Positions 1 through 12,549 of a stretch of DNA of 64,000 nucleotides are shown here, piece after piece. The stretch is from the human T2T-CHM13v2.0 reference genome, Homo sapiens, in NCBI RefSeq assembly GCF_009914755.1, contig NC_060925.1; one strand, written 5' to 3'. The notes beneath the pieces were generated by a model. The model searched no databases, was not told where the DNA came from, and saw nothing but the letters and a program-made list of their open reading frames with translations. The stretch's first letter is position 1, and each line of letters begins with the position of its first letter. The position numbers and the translations under genes were made by a program.

Positions 1-904
1 ACACTGGTTAGAGTGACATCATCCAGTGTAGTTGAGTAACCTGCTAAGATAAATGTCATTCCCACACTTGAGAAAAAACACAGAACATTCTGAATAGAAA
101 ACAAGACTTAAAAGGAACCCCTTTAAAGCTGTTTCATTTTCTGATAGCCACTTTCTCTTAGTTTTAATGATGCTCTTCATGGTGCTGTTTGGGCTCCGAG
201 GGTCATGGGTCATAACAATGTTTTTCCTTCATCTAGTCATTTTAAAGCTTTGCAAATAATGAGATTTCATTAGGAAATCAGAAAGAGAAAATAAAAGTTT
301 GTCATGGTTACCATGCCAAGTAGTGTAGAAAGGAAATGAATATTGCCTTAAGTTCACAGCATTGGGATATTTTTGCCTTATAGTTACCTGGTAATTGAAG
401 TGGGAGACTGGAAAACTGGAATTCTTTAGTAACCTCGAAATCTAGTGTTAGCTCAATTTTCAACCACTTCCTCTGCAAAACTTAAGGAAAAACTCTTAAG
501 TACATAATGTCCCAATGTACATTTTCCTTGTCTACAATCTAATAAGTGATATCCTGAACTGTAGGAATCATATTTTGAAAACTGGATAAAATCATCAGCA
601 TATCCACAAGTTGACATTTTTGTTAATTATAGATCGGCATTAACTGTCAACTTTAAGTTCTGTTCAAATTCTGTGTGATTGTAAACTAATGTGTTCAACT
701 GTCACTGAGAATATCTATTGGTCTTTTGAAAGGGAGTCTATGCAGTTAGTCCTGAGCTTGGCACTAGTTATGAAAATAGGAGATGAAGGAGAAATAGTAC
801 AGAGTTTGTTTCCAGAGATCTTGGTTCACGGTGGTTCTGAATTGAATACTTCCCTCCCCCACGTCACCACCCTGGAAATCCAGGTATGAAAAATATAAGC
901 AAGC

Positions 905-1060
905 CTCAGAGCAGTGCAATATAATGTGGAGGAAAAATCCTAGGACAAGATGTCTTAAGTCCTGGATTGCAATAATGGTTCTGCCACTAACTTGTCATGT
1001 GAACTTGGATAAGTCGTTCAGTTTCTTTCCACATGTTTTCCCCTCTCTGAATCAAGGATT
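905..1060 (+). mobile_element. MIR fragment
   Basis: tctgccactaacttgtcatgtgaacttggataagtc matches the MIR core. Bounds approximate. Confidence 0.6.
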
Positions 1061-1414
1061 TAGCTACTTTACCTACTACCATCACAGACTGTCATAAGAA
1101 CCACAAGGAGTATAAAAGGTATGCTTCAAAATGTCACTGTCCTAGTCTTCTCTTCATTGAGAAGAGAAAATATTTGACTAAAAAAAATTGACTCTTCACT
1201 TGTTCACTGATTTCTGACAAAATTGATAGTCCATAGATGTTTCTACCCAGAGAATGGTGGTTTCCAAAGTATGGTTTGTATTGGTACAGTCAGGTGATTT
1301 CCAAGGGCTGTGTCCAAGTAGTATTGACATATACGTATTGACATATAAGACTATGTCTCCAATTACAGTATGGATTCTTTGATGGATCTTCTCCAAAGCA
1401 TCACTGCTCTCAGA

Positions 1415-1590
1415 GGCAGTGGGTGTGGTAGAAAATGCATTAGACTAATAGCCAAAAGACTCGTGTTCTGGTCTCAGATCTGTCATTAAATAACTGCATG
1501 ACCTTGAACAAGTCATTTAATTTCTCTGGGTCTCAGTTTTCTATACTGTAAAATGAATTAGATATTCTTAAATCTTTTCTAGTTCTGATA
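1415..1590 (+). mobile_element. MIR (MIR3/MIRc-like)
   Basis: tgaccttgaacaagtcatttaatttctctgggtctcagttttctatactgtaaaatg is the MIR core. Confidence 0.8.
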
Positions 1591-2150
1591 TGCTCTTAAT
1601 ACTACATTTTCTAGGTTCACATTCATTTGACATTTGAATGTAACTGTTAGGTTGGTTGGTTGGTTTGTTTTTCCCTCCCCCTCTTAATGCTGAGTGGGAC
1701 TGAATGGAATAGGTGGTTTTGGGAATATTTTATTATGTCAAAGTGGTTCATGAACTATGAAAGCTCAAGGGTCATGGCTATTGGCCCCCAGAAAATCCTG
1801 ATATCCTGGTTTTTCAGTCACTGGCCAATGAGTTAGACTTATGAAACCAATTCAGCATACTTTGGACCTTGTGTTTTCTTACAGTACCCTTTAGCAGTGT
1901 CATCTGGCTGTGTTCTGTAGTGTAGATGAGCCATTTTCCAAACGTTGACATTTTTTGGACCAGAAGTGAGCTGGATCTTTTCTCTGGCTAAGGCTACAGT
2001 GGAGGATGGAGGAAAAGGGGATGGTCTAATGGTCTTTTAGGAAGTGGCATGACGTGGGCTCTGAACGTGAAGTGGAAGGAACACAAAACATTCTGTTGAT
2101 TAGGACCAATAAAAAAACATGGGAAATTGCTTGGGACATGATATTTAACA

Positions 2151-2156
2151 TTTATT
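2151..2156 (-). terminator. Candidate proximal polyadenylation signal for KCND3
   Basis: AATAAA on the minus strand, with a U-rich element (tgttttttttattgg) about 30-45 nt downstream. Confidence 0.45.
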
Positions 2157-2307
2157 AATTTTTGTGGGAACCAGTAAAATGTTCCCTTGGTGCCCTATCA
2201 AACAGATCCTTTGTTGAATCTGTCACTATTCTAACCCTGTAATGATCTGTTCTTAAATTCATCACAGGAAGTTTGTATGTGTGTGCAACCAGTTCTAATT
2301 TACCTCC

Positions 2308-2619
2308 TTTTTTTTTTTCTTTTCTTTTTTTTTTTTTTGAGACGGAGTCTTGCTGTGTCACCTGGGCTGGAGTGCAGTGGTGCAATCACGGCTCACTGCA
2401 ACCTCTGCCTCCTGGGTTTAAGCAATCCTCCCCCTCAGCCTTCCAAGTAGCTGGGATTACAGGGGTCCACCACCATGCCTGGCTAATTTTTGTATTTTTA
2501 GTAGAGATGGGGTTTCACCATGTTGGCCAAGTTGGTCTTCAACTCCTGACTTCAGGTGATCTGTTCACCTCGGCTTCCCAAAGTGCTGGGATTACAGATG
2601 TGAGCCACCGCGCCCAGCC
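2308..2619 (-). mobile_element. Full-length AluS (Sx/Sz-like) in the 3' UTR, sense to KCND3
   Basis: Poly(T) followed by both Alu arms, with the direct repeat atttacctc on both sides. Confidence 0.95.
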
Positions 2620-4497
2620 CTATTTACCTCTTTATCTCTTACCCCAGTCAGATCTTATGAAGCATAACTAAGATACTTAGACACTCATAATTTTGCTCTA
2701 GTACTCATTTTTTTTAAGAGAAAAATTCTTTTCTAGTCCTTTGCCCGCCCTCTAAGTGAAGTTTAGCTTGGTCTTCTAATGAGATGTGTATATGAAGTGA
2801 ATTGATTTAAGTATGTATTCTCTGATGTGTTTAGGTTGGTTGTGTGTATACACATGTACTCTGTAGTTGTAAAGCTTTTCTGCCTTCTTAGTCTGTAAGC
2901 TCAGAGGGCAAGAACCACTCCATTCCCACATTAGGGGACCCAGAGAAAGAACTCAGCCCATGGTCAATGAGGATAAGCATAAAGAGATAAAGACAGAAAG
3001 AAGGCTCCCTCTCCTCTGCCTTCTGCCCACATTCTGGTTAGGTGCCACCTCGAAACCTTTTGAACCTACAGGGTCAATCGAGCTGGGGTCATAGGGAAGC
3101 CCACGAAGGGTGTTTTTAGGTTCCTGGCTAGTAAAACTCATTTAGATGGCTGTGGTGGGGAGAGAAATTCTTGGCCTACAATTAAACAGCTAACCACTAA
3201 GCTGTAGGATGGATAGGCAGCTCCCGAGGAGCTCATGTATTTCAGAGCCCAGGCTACAGAGACTGCAGCAAGGTGGCTGGGTGTTGGGAAGGGCAGGAAA
3301 GGACTTGTCACTAACCCTGAGGCCCACCTACTCTGCTACAAGCAGTGAACAATGGTTAGGAGGATTCCAGAAATGCTGCCCCCAGCTCCACCAGGGTGCA
3401 AGCTAGTTGAATAGATATGTTGTCCAGGTGTTCAAGAAATAATCTTCACTCCTTTGCTTGCACAGAGGTGATGAGGCTTCTCCCCCATTTCAGCATCTTC
3501 AGGGAGATCAGGCCGAAGCCTCTTCAGACATCAAGGCATCTTTCATAGCAGGTAAGAATCATCTAGAATCTCTTACTTGCTTTTGCTTTGAAGCATTTTT
3601 CTTGAGGCACACAGGCTTACCCTTCCACAGCCTCTGTGTGGGAGTTGCCTCTGGTTTGATATAAGTCAGAGGAATCTTGGTCCCCGTACCACTGCCCTCT
3701 CTGGAGAAAACTACTCCCGGGGCCTCTTGGAAGGGCTCTGGATGGGCTTTATGGTGGGTCTTGAAGGAAGGGTCCATAGCAAGGTGCCCTAATGACCGGC
3801 TGAGGCTGCGAGCCCTGGGTCCTTCCGTTCTCCCCTCACTGGCACATACCAGAGTTGACCGCGTCTCAGGTGTTGGCGATTTGCCTTTTCAAGATTCCAG
3901 TGTGATAAATCTGTTCATTCCCTTTCTTTCCCAGAAACTGAAACTGCAAACACGAGTGGTTCCAACCCCAAGGGAAGTACCTCTGTTCTGTGAGGTAGAC
4001 TTCCCTTACCCCTAAACTCTCCCAATTTTTGCTTCACTCTTTCCTCCTCTGCAGTTGCATTCACACAGATAGAACTCCCAGGCACAAGTCTGTTGTGCGT
4101 GGCAGTGATGAAGAAGGCTTTACTGATGTGTTTCAGGATCATTGGGATCCAGGTAGAGACAGATGGCTGGACACAGAAACAGCTAGGGGTAAGCAGAGAG
4201 GTACAGAGACAAGGGAGACAGGGACAGACAAAGGGTAAGGATTGCCGTGTGGTCACTTGGCAGCTCTGCACAGGTCAGCTGGGCAGTGGGGGCCCAGGCT
4301 CAGTTGACCTCACCCACCTGGGGGAATGGAGAGAGAACTCAGCAATAACTGACTTCTTAGCCTAAAAGCTTTTGCTATAAAAGGAGAAAAAAAAATCCCT
4401 CACAAAATGCATTGTTTTGGTTCAAAGGTGTTGGGTCCATGGAGAAAAACATTTCACAAAAATCCGTTGGTGTTTTTGTTTTCCACCTTTTCCCATG

Positions 4498-4503
4498 AAT
4501 AAA
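4498..4503 (+). terminator. Candidate poly(A) signal on the + strand (antisense to KCND3)
   Basis: AATAAA with a U-rich upstream stretch and a GU/U-rich downstream element at 4546-4575. Confidence 0.4.
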
Positions 4504-4700
4504 TATTATCCATTAAGAGCCTTGAAAAAGGTGCTTAAATACACAGTGTTATATTTTCTTCCTGTTTTGCTTGTGACAACTTGGCCTCTTTGCTGCTCTT
4601 GGTCTTGTATTTTCCTCACTGGGGTCTCCAGAAACGACTGTTATTTGGTCTGAGTCTGAGGCTCCTCCATCCAGGCCCTGTCCTGGCACATAGCCTATAT

Positions 4701-4741
4701 CCCCCGGCCTATCCCCGACCCCCCCACCCTCCCTCCCTTCC
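4701..4741 (-). promoter_or_regulatory. Putative RNA G-quadruplex in the 3' UTR
   Basis: The mRNA strand reads GGAAGGGAGGGAGGGUGGGGGGGUCGGGGAUAGGCCGGGGG: six G3+ runs, the first three loops 1 nt long. Confidence 0.65.
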
Positions 4742-4975
4742 TCTGGCCCCAGTGAGATGCAGTATCACAGGGCTATGTCCACGCTAGCAGCGTGAACCTC
4801 AGGTGCCCCTTTGCTACCTCTTTTTCCTTCCAGGCACAAGTCTCAGTGCTAGGGGTACAATGGGGCAGGCAGAAATAGTGGGGAAAGGGGGGAGGGAGTG
4901 GTCTCAGTGACCACCCACCAACATGCCAGTCCCCTTCATTCCCCACTACCCACTCTGGCCCTCTGTCCAGTGGTT

Positions 4976-5266
<291 letters not shown>

Positions 5267-5830
5267 CTAGGAGGATATTTTGTTGTGCCTCTATCTCTGC
5301 CTTTTGTAATCAACTTGTAATTATCCATTCTAATTATTATTCCCAAACTACCAGAAATTACCAAGTTGTATATAGTAGGCTTTGAATTGCAGAATGTACA
5401 TCACCCCCACCAGTGATTGTATATCTATCATTTGTGGCATTTGGCATTTGCATTCCCTGAATTCTCTGCAACGCATTTGGAGGTAGTGGGAAGTGGCCTA
5501 AATATAAGCAGAGGGGGAGGGAAAAGTCAGTCTCTGGGATTCAAATCAGCCTAGGATAAGCCATGAGTAACACAGATACGAAAACTGTTTCTTGAGAAAA
5601 TGGTTGGTCCATTCCTTGTACCAGATCAGGTCATTTTTGTGTATCTAGAGACACATTATTTTATATGTATATATATAATTATTTTTAAAGTTTTTTTTTT
5701 TCCCTGTTACCTATTTTCAGCCTAAACTGCTATAGTACCTACTCCAACAGCATATGAAGGGCCTTTGGGTTTCCTTGCAAGGAAAGGAGGAAGGTAGAGG
5801 GGCTCATGCATTAGATAAGGGGAGCGGCTA

Positions 5831-6232
<402 letters not shown>

Positions 6233-7237
6233 CTATACTCTGTATGGCTGCCTGTCTCTGTTCTGGACCTTGAAGGAAGGGCTCCCAGCTGCCCGGATCA
6301 CAGATAAGCATTCAGGAGGGGTGATGTCCCATGGGCATCCAATGAGGACAGAAAGAGAATCATATTGGCAGCCCTGGCCATCAGTTCAAAGGGTAGGGAC
6401 TGCAGTTGTGAAATCATGATGTGACATATACTTCACCTACAGCTTTGAGCTGAAGGGACATAGAGGACACAGAGGAATTCAATGGCATCATCACAGCTAG
6501 AGGCAAAGACTTTACTTTCCAGGCTTTGTACAAGATCTGCCAGAGGTGGCAGATAAGGAGTCACTGACTGTGGGAAGTGGGTATGCTAGGTTGTCTTTCC
6601 TGGATTTAATAGGTAAGGGTATGACAAAAACTTTTAAACATGGGGGTCATTCACAGAATTGGGAGAGCACTGATCCTGAAGGCCAGTGGGCAAACTGTCA
6701 CGGATAGGGTTTCTTTTAATTATTTTTTTCCCCACCTGATTATGGGATATGAGTCCTTAATATACCTGGAGGCACAGGATTCCCTAGGTCAAGTGTAAGC
6801 ATGGGAAGGGATTGCTAACTGTCTCCTGACTGGAGGCCATTGGGATGGGGTATAGCTGAACCCAGGATAACTAAAAAATGGCTGTTTGGCCAAGTTGACT
6901 ACAAATCTATGGCATTGATGGTCTGGCTAAGGCTGCCAGAGTGAGGAGAAAGTCTGAAGAGAAGTGGCATGAAAACAGAGTTCAGGGAAAGACCAGCCTG
7001 GCGGCAAATACCAGGAGTCCCCACGGAGCTGGGATGTGGCACAGACAGATGTGGCACTTGGAGACTAACAGGATACCAGCACTGGTGCCATGTTCCACCA
7101 CCCCTTCCACGCCCCTGGGGAGTTCCAAAGAGGGAACTAGAAAGACAGTTGGGTGGTTCAGCGCAAGAAACTGGAAGCCTGAGCTGGTGCTGGGTGTGAC
7201 AGCAGAGGTAGGAGGAGCCCCAGAAGAATCAGCAGCA

Positions 7238-7243
7238 CATGCA
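7238..7243 (-). promoter_or_regulatory. RBFOX motif UGCAUG about 92 nt downstream of the cassette exon
   Basis: catgca on + is TGCATG on the transcript, followed by tgctgct (YGCY). Confidence 0.55.
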
Positions 7244-7334
7244 CAGAACCAGGCCGGGGGGTAAAAAGGGGAGAATCCACAGACTCAGAATTATCAGAGA
7301 GAAAAACATCAATTGAATTTTTAAAAAGTTATAC

Positions 7335-7391
7335 CTTGATGGTGGAGGTTCGTACAGATAACAGGGGATCATCCACAAGATAGGACAACCC
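7335..7391 (-). CDS. KCND3: KCND3 alternative cassette exon (57 nt, 19 aa; Kv4.3 long isoform)
   Basis: Acceptor gtcctgtag|GGG and donor AAG|gtataa. Translates GLSYLVDDPLLSVRTSTIK, the known 19-aa Kv4.3L insert with a PKC site. Phase 0-0, so it can be skipped in frame. Absent from the ORF track. Confidence 0.97.
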
Positions 7392-7436
7392 CTACAGGAC
7401 AACATGCCAACAGAAGATAAAAACACCATTGATTGT

Positions 7437-7866
7437 ACATTCCAGCATTCCCAAGCCAGTTTTGACATTCAATCTCTTGATCCCGGCATTCCACCCTTTG
7501 AGTCAAACATTCCACCCCTCATTCCCAGCATTCTGCCCCCTTCCTCCCAACATTCCACCCTTTAGCCCCAACAGGACCCTGCTCAACCCCAACATTCACT
7601 CCTTCTATCCCAACATTCTGCCTCTCCTGTCCTGACATTCCACCCCTTAAGTCCAACATTCCTCCCCTAAAATCCAGCATTCCAGAGCTTTAATCCCAAT
7701 ATCTCACCCCCACAATCCAACATTCTTTCCCTCAAATTCAGCATTCCATCCCTTCAATGCCAGCATTCCATCCCTCAATTCTAAAATCTCATTTCTTTAA
7801 TGCCAACATTCCAGCCCTTCAAACCCAAATATTTTCACCCATATCCTTTCAATTTACACATTCCAC
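7437..7866. repeat. Degenerate tandem array, period 21-22 bp, core RCATTCC
   Basis: CATTC starts at 7466, 7487, 7508, 7529, 7551, 7593, 7614, 7636, 7657, 7678, 7721, 7742, 7764 and 7807 (in register), plus 7438, 7446, 7520 and 7859. Approximate unit: CCAACATTCCACCCCTTAATC. Confidence 0.9.
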
Positions 7867-8077
7867 CCAGCACATGCAACTTGGAAAGGGCAGTTGGGTC
7901 CGGGCCTATCCCTTTGGCAAGCTCAGAGTCTTTGAGAGAAAGTCTATACATGAATATATGTTTTTGATGATAAATCCTGTAACTAGGGTTTGCAGAGCAC
8001 CTTCCCATTTTGGAAGTAATTATTGGGTTCAACTGTCATCCACAGGGTCCACATTTGGCTCAGATAGAGTCATCGAA

Positions 8078-8195
8078 GCCAGGCATGGTGGTCTGTACCT
8101 GTAGTTCCAACTACTTGGGAGGCTGAGGTGGGAGGATCACTTGAGGCCAGGAGTTTTAAGACCAGCCTGGGCAACATAGCAAGATCCTGTCCCTG
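8078..8195 (+). mobile_element. Alu monomer (FLAM-like)
   Basis: gccaggcatggtgg...gaggctgaggtgggaggatcacttgaggccaggag...cctgggcaacatagcaaga. Confidence 0.85.
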
Positions 8196-9087
8196 CAGCC
8201 CCACACCCCCCTCCCCACCAAAAAAAAAGGAGTCATCTAACATTTATTCTCTCTACATCTGGGAGGCCAGGATATGGAACATCTAGAATTAGGAAGTTCC
8301 TTCCTTAGGGTACTGAGCCCTGACTATAGACTCTTTGGGGAGGAGGTTCTGGAAAGGAGCAGGAAGGCTTTCACTTTGTTTCTCCTTGGCTTTTCTACTC
8401 TGACCTCTCTTCCCTGTCTACTATTCCTAGCAGTTTCTGCCAAGGGTCCAGGGTTGGCCCCACTGCCCTTCCTTTCAGTCTGATGGTTAGGCACAAGCAT
8501 CATTCCACACTCCAGCTGTGGCACCCTAAACCATGGCTCTGTTTTAACAATCAGCCTGTTAGCATCTGGACTCCCTGAGAACCACAGGGTGACTGGGCAG
8601 GGGTGGGGGTGGGGGGGCGGTACTTCTGAATCCTAGTTGGAGAAATACATGCACTACCTCCTTCACACGCTGTCTGCAGGAGGATGTAGGGAGCCAAGGG
8701 GCCCACAGGCTGCATCAACCCAGCCCCAGAGGTGGGACAGAAATCAACACTCTTCTCTACTCTCCTACACAAATTCAGCCCAAGCTTTGAAGGGTGATGC
8801 CTGTCAGAACTGAGAAACTGATAGGCAGACCCCTAAGTCCTCAATAATCAAGAAATGGGCTGTGGAGACGAGTGTAGGAGTGTGTGGGAGGCTGGGGGAA
8901 TGGCCTCCTCAATGCTCCTGCAGGACAGAGCTGGTCTCCCACCCTGGTGACCTTGCCCCACTCCTCAGGGTCTTCCACCTGAGGGCCAGTAGATCCCATC
9001 ACTACCTTTTGGATCTGAAGGGGACAGACTTTGACTTCTGGCCCAGAGTGAAGATGTGAGTACAGCCTTAGAAAAGGGTCAGGGTCA

Positions 9088-9213
<126 letters not shown>

Positions 9214-9579
9214 CTAGTAAAAAAAGAAGAGAGATTGAGTAAAAAGCTGGTGGCTCTTCCCCTCTCCAGCTCCTTCATTTCTCCACTAAAGGTCAAAGGG
9301 CAATAGAATAATCAAATTTTTTTTTATTTGACCAAATTTCAGGGTCAGCATTGAATATGCTAACCTTTGGGCTCAGGGGCCCTTGGTCTAAACCTGGTTT
9401 AGAGGTAGTGGTGATAATCCTATGGAAGTGGTGTGTGAATGGGGGGCTGCTACCTGGGGAAAGTTTGGAAACGTGTCCTCCTTGGGGTTCATACTGGGGC
9501 TCTGGTGAGAGTGCTGGTGTCCCGGGAAAGAGAAAACAAGCCCATCTACCCCTTTATGTTCCCTAGCCCAGGTCCTCTA

Positions 9580-9888
<309 letters not shown>

Positions 9889-10019
9889 TCATCTCTCCAG
9901 CCCGGGTATAATCCTGGCAGGAGAAATATCACTCATCCAAGCTCTCTTCTCCCAAAGGTTTCATGACCTTTATCTACTCAGTATTGCAAAATGCCATGTG
10001 CTATTCAGTTGTGCTCCTC

Positions 10020-10380
10020 AGTTTTCTTATCTCTAACTAAATTGCAAACTCCTTAGAGGAGTGTATGTGATAGCTGCCCTGATTCTCCTCTAGGGTCCAG
10101 TACAATTTTCTGCATATAGTAGGTCCCCAAGTATTAGTTAATTATGAGAAAAGCAAGGAGTGGGCCTATGTGCTCTTCAATGCTTCTTAACTCCTCTGCA
10201 ATTTTTTTCTTTGCACGTATTACTAAGGAAATATATGTTTTATATATTTTTCTTGATACTTTCTCTTTCTCTTCCACTAAAATGTAAATTCCTTGAGGGC
10301 AGGAGTTTTTGCCTTGTTTACTGATGTACCCCCAGTAAACAGTAGGTTCTCGATTTTTAAAGTTAATAAACACATTTACA
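10020..10380 (+). mobile_element. L2 3'-end fragments
   Basis: taaaatgtaaattccttgagggcaggagtttttgccttgtttactg resembles the L2 3' terminus. Bounds approximate. Confidence 0.55.
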
Positions 10381-10423
10381 ATTGTATATCTGTCTTTGGG
10401 AGTAGATTCATGCATGTATATGG

Positions 10424-10633
<210 letters not shown>

Positions 10634-12549
10634 ATACCATGCAGGAGGGCTGCATGGTATCAAGCTCATCTCTCCTGCTTGCACAGGGAGAAGCTGAACA
10701 CATTACATATGCTGGCTGCCCTTCTCCTTCCTAATGACTGTAATCATTGTCACTATGACAGTAGCACAGCCAAAGAGAGAGGACTAAGGAATGAGACTGA
10801 GAGAGGGAGAAGGGACTGGGTAGAGGTTTCTTGCTAGTTTAAAAAAATGCAGCTTGAGGTTTGGGCTCTGTAAATCTATTTACAGCCCCAGGTGCTTGCT
10901 ACTGGAAGCAGAACAGCCCACAAGGATAGCAGACCCATCCTGGAGTAGAAGGTCCCTCCTCCTGGCTCTGAGCAAGTCCACATGTGACTTCAGCATGGAC
11001 CCTAAGCAGGAAAAGAGTCCTAGGGAAATTGTGGCAATTTCCACTTCTTGTCACCCTCTCCCCAAGTGTCCTGCTGGGCTGGTTCATCTGCTAAAAGGAG
11101 GCCACAGTCTCAGGGGTTCAGGTGGACAACAGAAGCACAAAGGATGTATATCTCTTGCTTCCTGGGAAGTATCTCCTTGCAGAAACAATTCAACTCCCTT
11201 CCCAGGCTTCTAAATGTGGGGAAGGGGCCAGGACTTGAGCCTGAAAGATCTTCCTTTAAGTCTGAGGAAGACTGCTCCTCTTGATGAAGGAGAGAATAAA
11301 AAGGGGGACCTGGGAGAGAAAGGATGATGGCAAATCAGCCCTATCATTCCTCCTCTCTACAAGCAGAGAACATTGACTAGGGGGCCAGGACAGTTTTACT
11401 CCATGGGAATCCTGCTCCAGCCCTCCCCTTGGCTAGATATTTACATTCAAGCAAGTTCCTCATCATTTGAGGATGTGGCTGCAATTGCTTTAGGTGAGTG
11501 CTGGGTGTTGAGAGTTTCATATGGAAATCCAATTGTGTCAAGCTTATTATAGTCTTATATAATTTGATTGCACCACTTGGAGCCAGACCGTTCTTGTATC
11601 TGGGGTCCGTCTTCATTAGTTTCTAGAGATGAAAGATTCTCCTGTTCTTCTTTGTGGCACTTCTTTTAATCATATCTTACCCTGGGCTCTATTAAAGCAA
11701 CAGATTGTCATATCAAATGTACTAGATCATTTAATCTCTTCCCACACAGGACAAAGAGGTTTGCAATGGATTTACATAACCATACCCAGAATATGAAATT
11801 TGGTGGGGCTCTATGGCTTGGTTTTGAGCTCTTGGGGGCTGGGGCTTGTGGCTTATACCTATTTTTATCTCTAACATCCAACACAGGGTTTCACACTGCA
11901 CAGGTGCTCAAGCAAAGTTTATGATGGCCGAGGAAGGAAGAAGATCCTATGTGAGTTGGCTGGAAGGCCATGCTTATACTGCCACTGTAATGGGCTCAAT
12001 CCTTGAGTGGATTGGTCAACTTCACCCTCTTCCATGGCCTTAAGAACAATGTGAGAGTTAAAAGAGAGCTTGGAGATCATCCAGACCAATTCAAAGACAA
12101 AAAAAAAAAAAAAAAAAAAGGAGGATGTGAGGGAAGTGACTTATCCAGGGAAAGGCAGTGGACGATCAAGACTTCAGCTCAGGACCTCCAACTTTCAGAC
12201 CAAATGATGCTTCCAGAACATTCTCCTCCTCCTTCCCTGAATTTCCACCATCAGACAAGTTTCAAAATTTGAGCAAAGCCCAGGAGATTGCATTTTCAAC
12301 AAATGTGGAGACTCCAGGGTTGGAGGAGAGGGGATCTGGAAGGAGAATGCTGCTACCCTAGGTACAGTTGCAGGTACCATCTATGTTCAAGCCAATACTT
12401 CTATCAATCCTTGGGAGGCCTCTCACAATTAAGCACTTTCTTCCTGTCTGGCTGATGGGTGCCTTTTAACCATGAGTATTTCTATCTTTTGCTGTTGGAG
12501 AGGCAGAAGGAAGAGAAAGAGAAAGAAATGGAAAGGCCAAAACATGGGA

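Larger units (their letters stand above)
1..4975 (-). other. KCND3: KCND3 3' UTR / 3' flank (distal end probably at or beyond the window start)
   Basis: Directly follows the stop codon. No canonical sense AATAAA was seen until 2156-2151. That KCND3 has a multi-kb UTR is recalled knowledge; the end cannot be fixed from sequence alone. Confidence 0.7.

Noticed and set aside
2273-2671. Alu-derived ORFs (also 22091-22315 and 38035-38416)
   Set aside because: These are typical antisense Alu translations.
7437-7866. CRISPR-like repeat/spacer array
   Set aside because: The context is a human intron, the conserved core is only 5-8 bp, the spacers resemble each other, and there are no cas genes. It is a degenerate minisatellite.
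8595-8620. G-rich quadruplex-like tracts on + (also 52064-52090)
   Set aside because: Such tracts are common in human introns and are C-rich on the transcript; nothing else supports a function.
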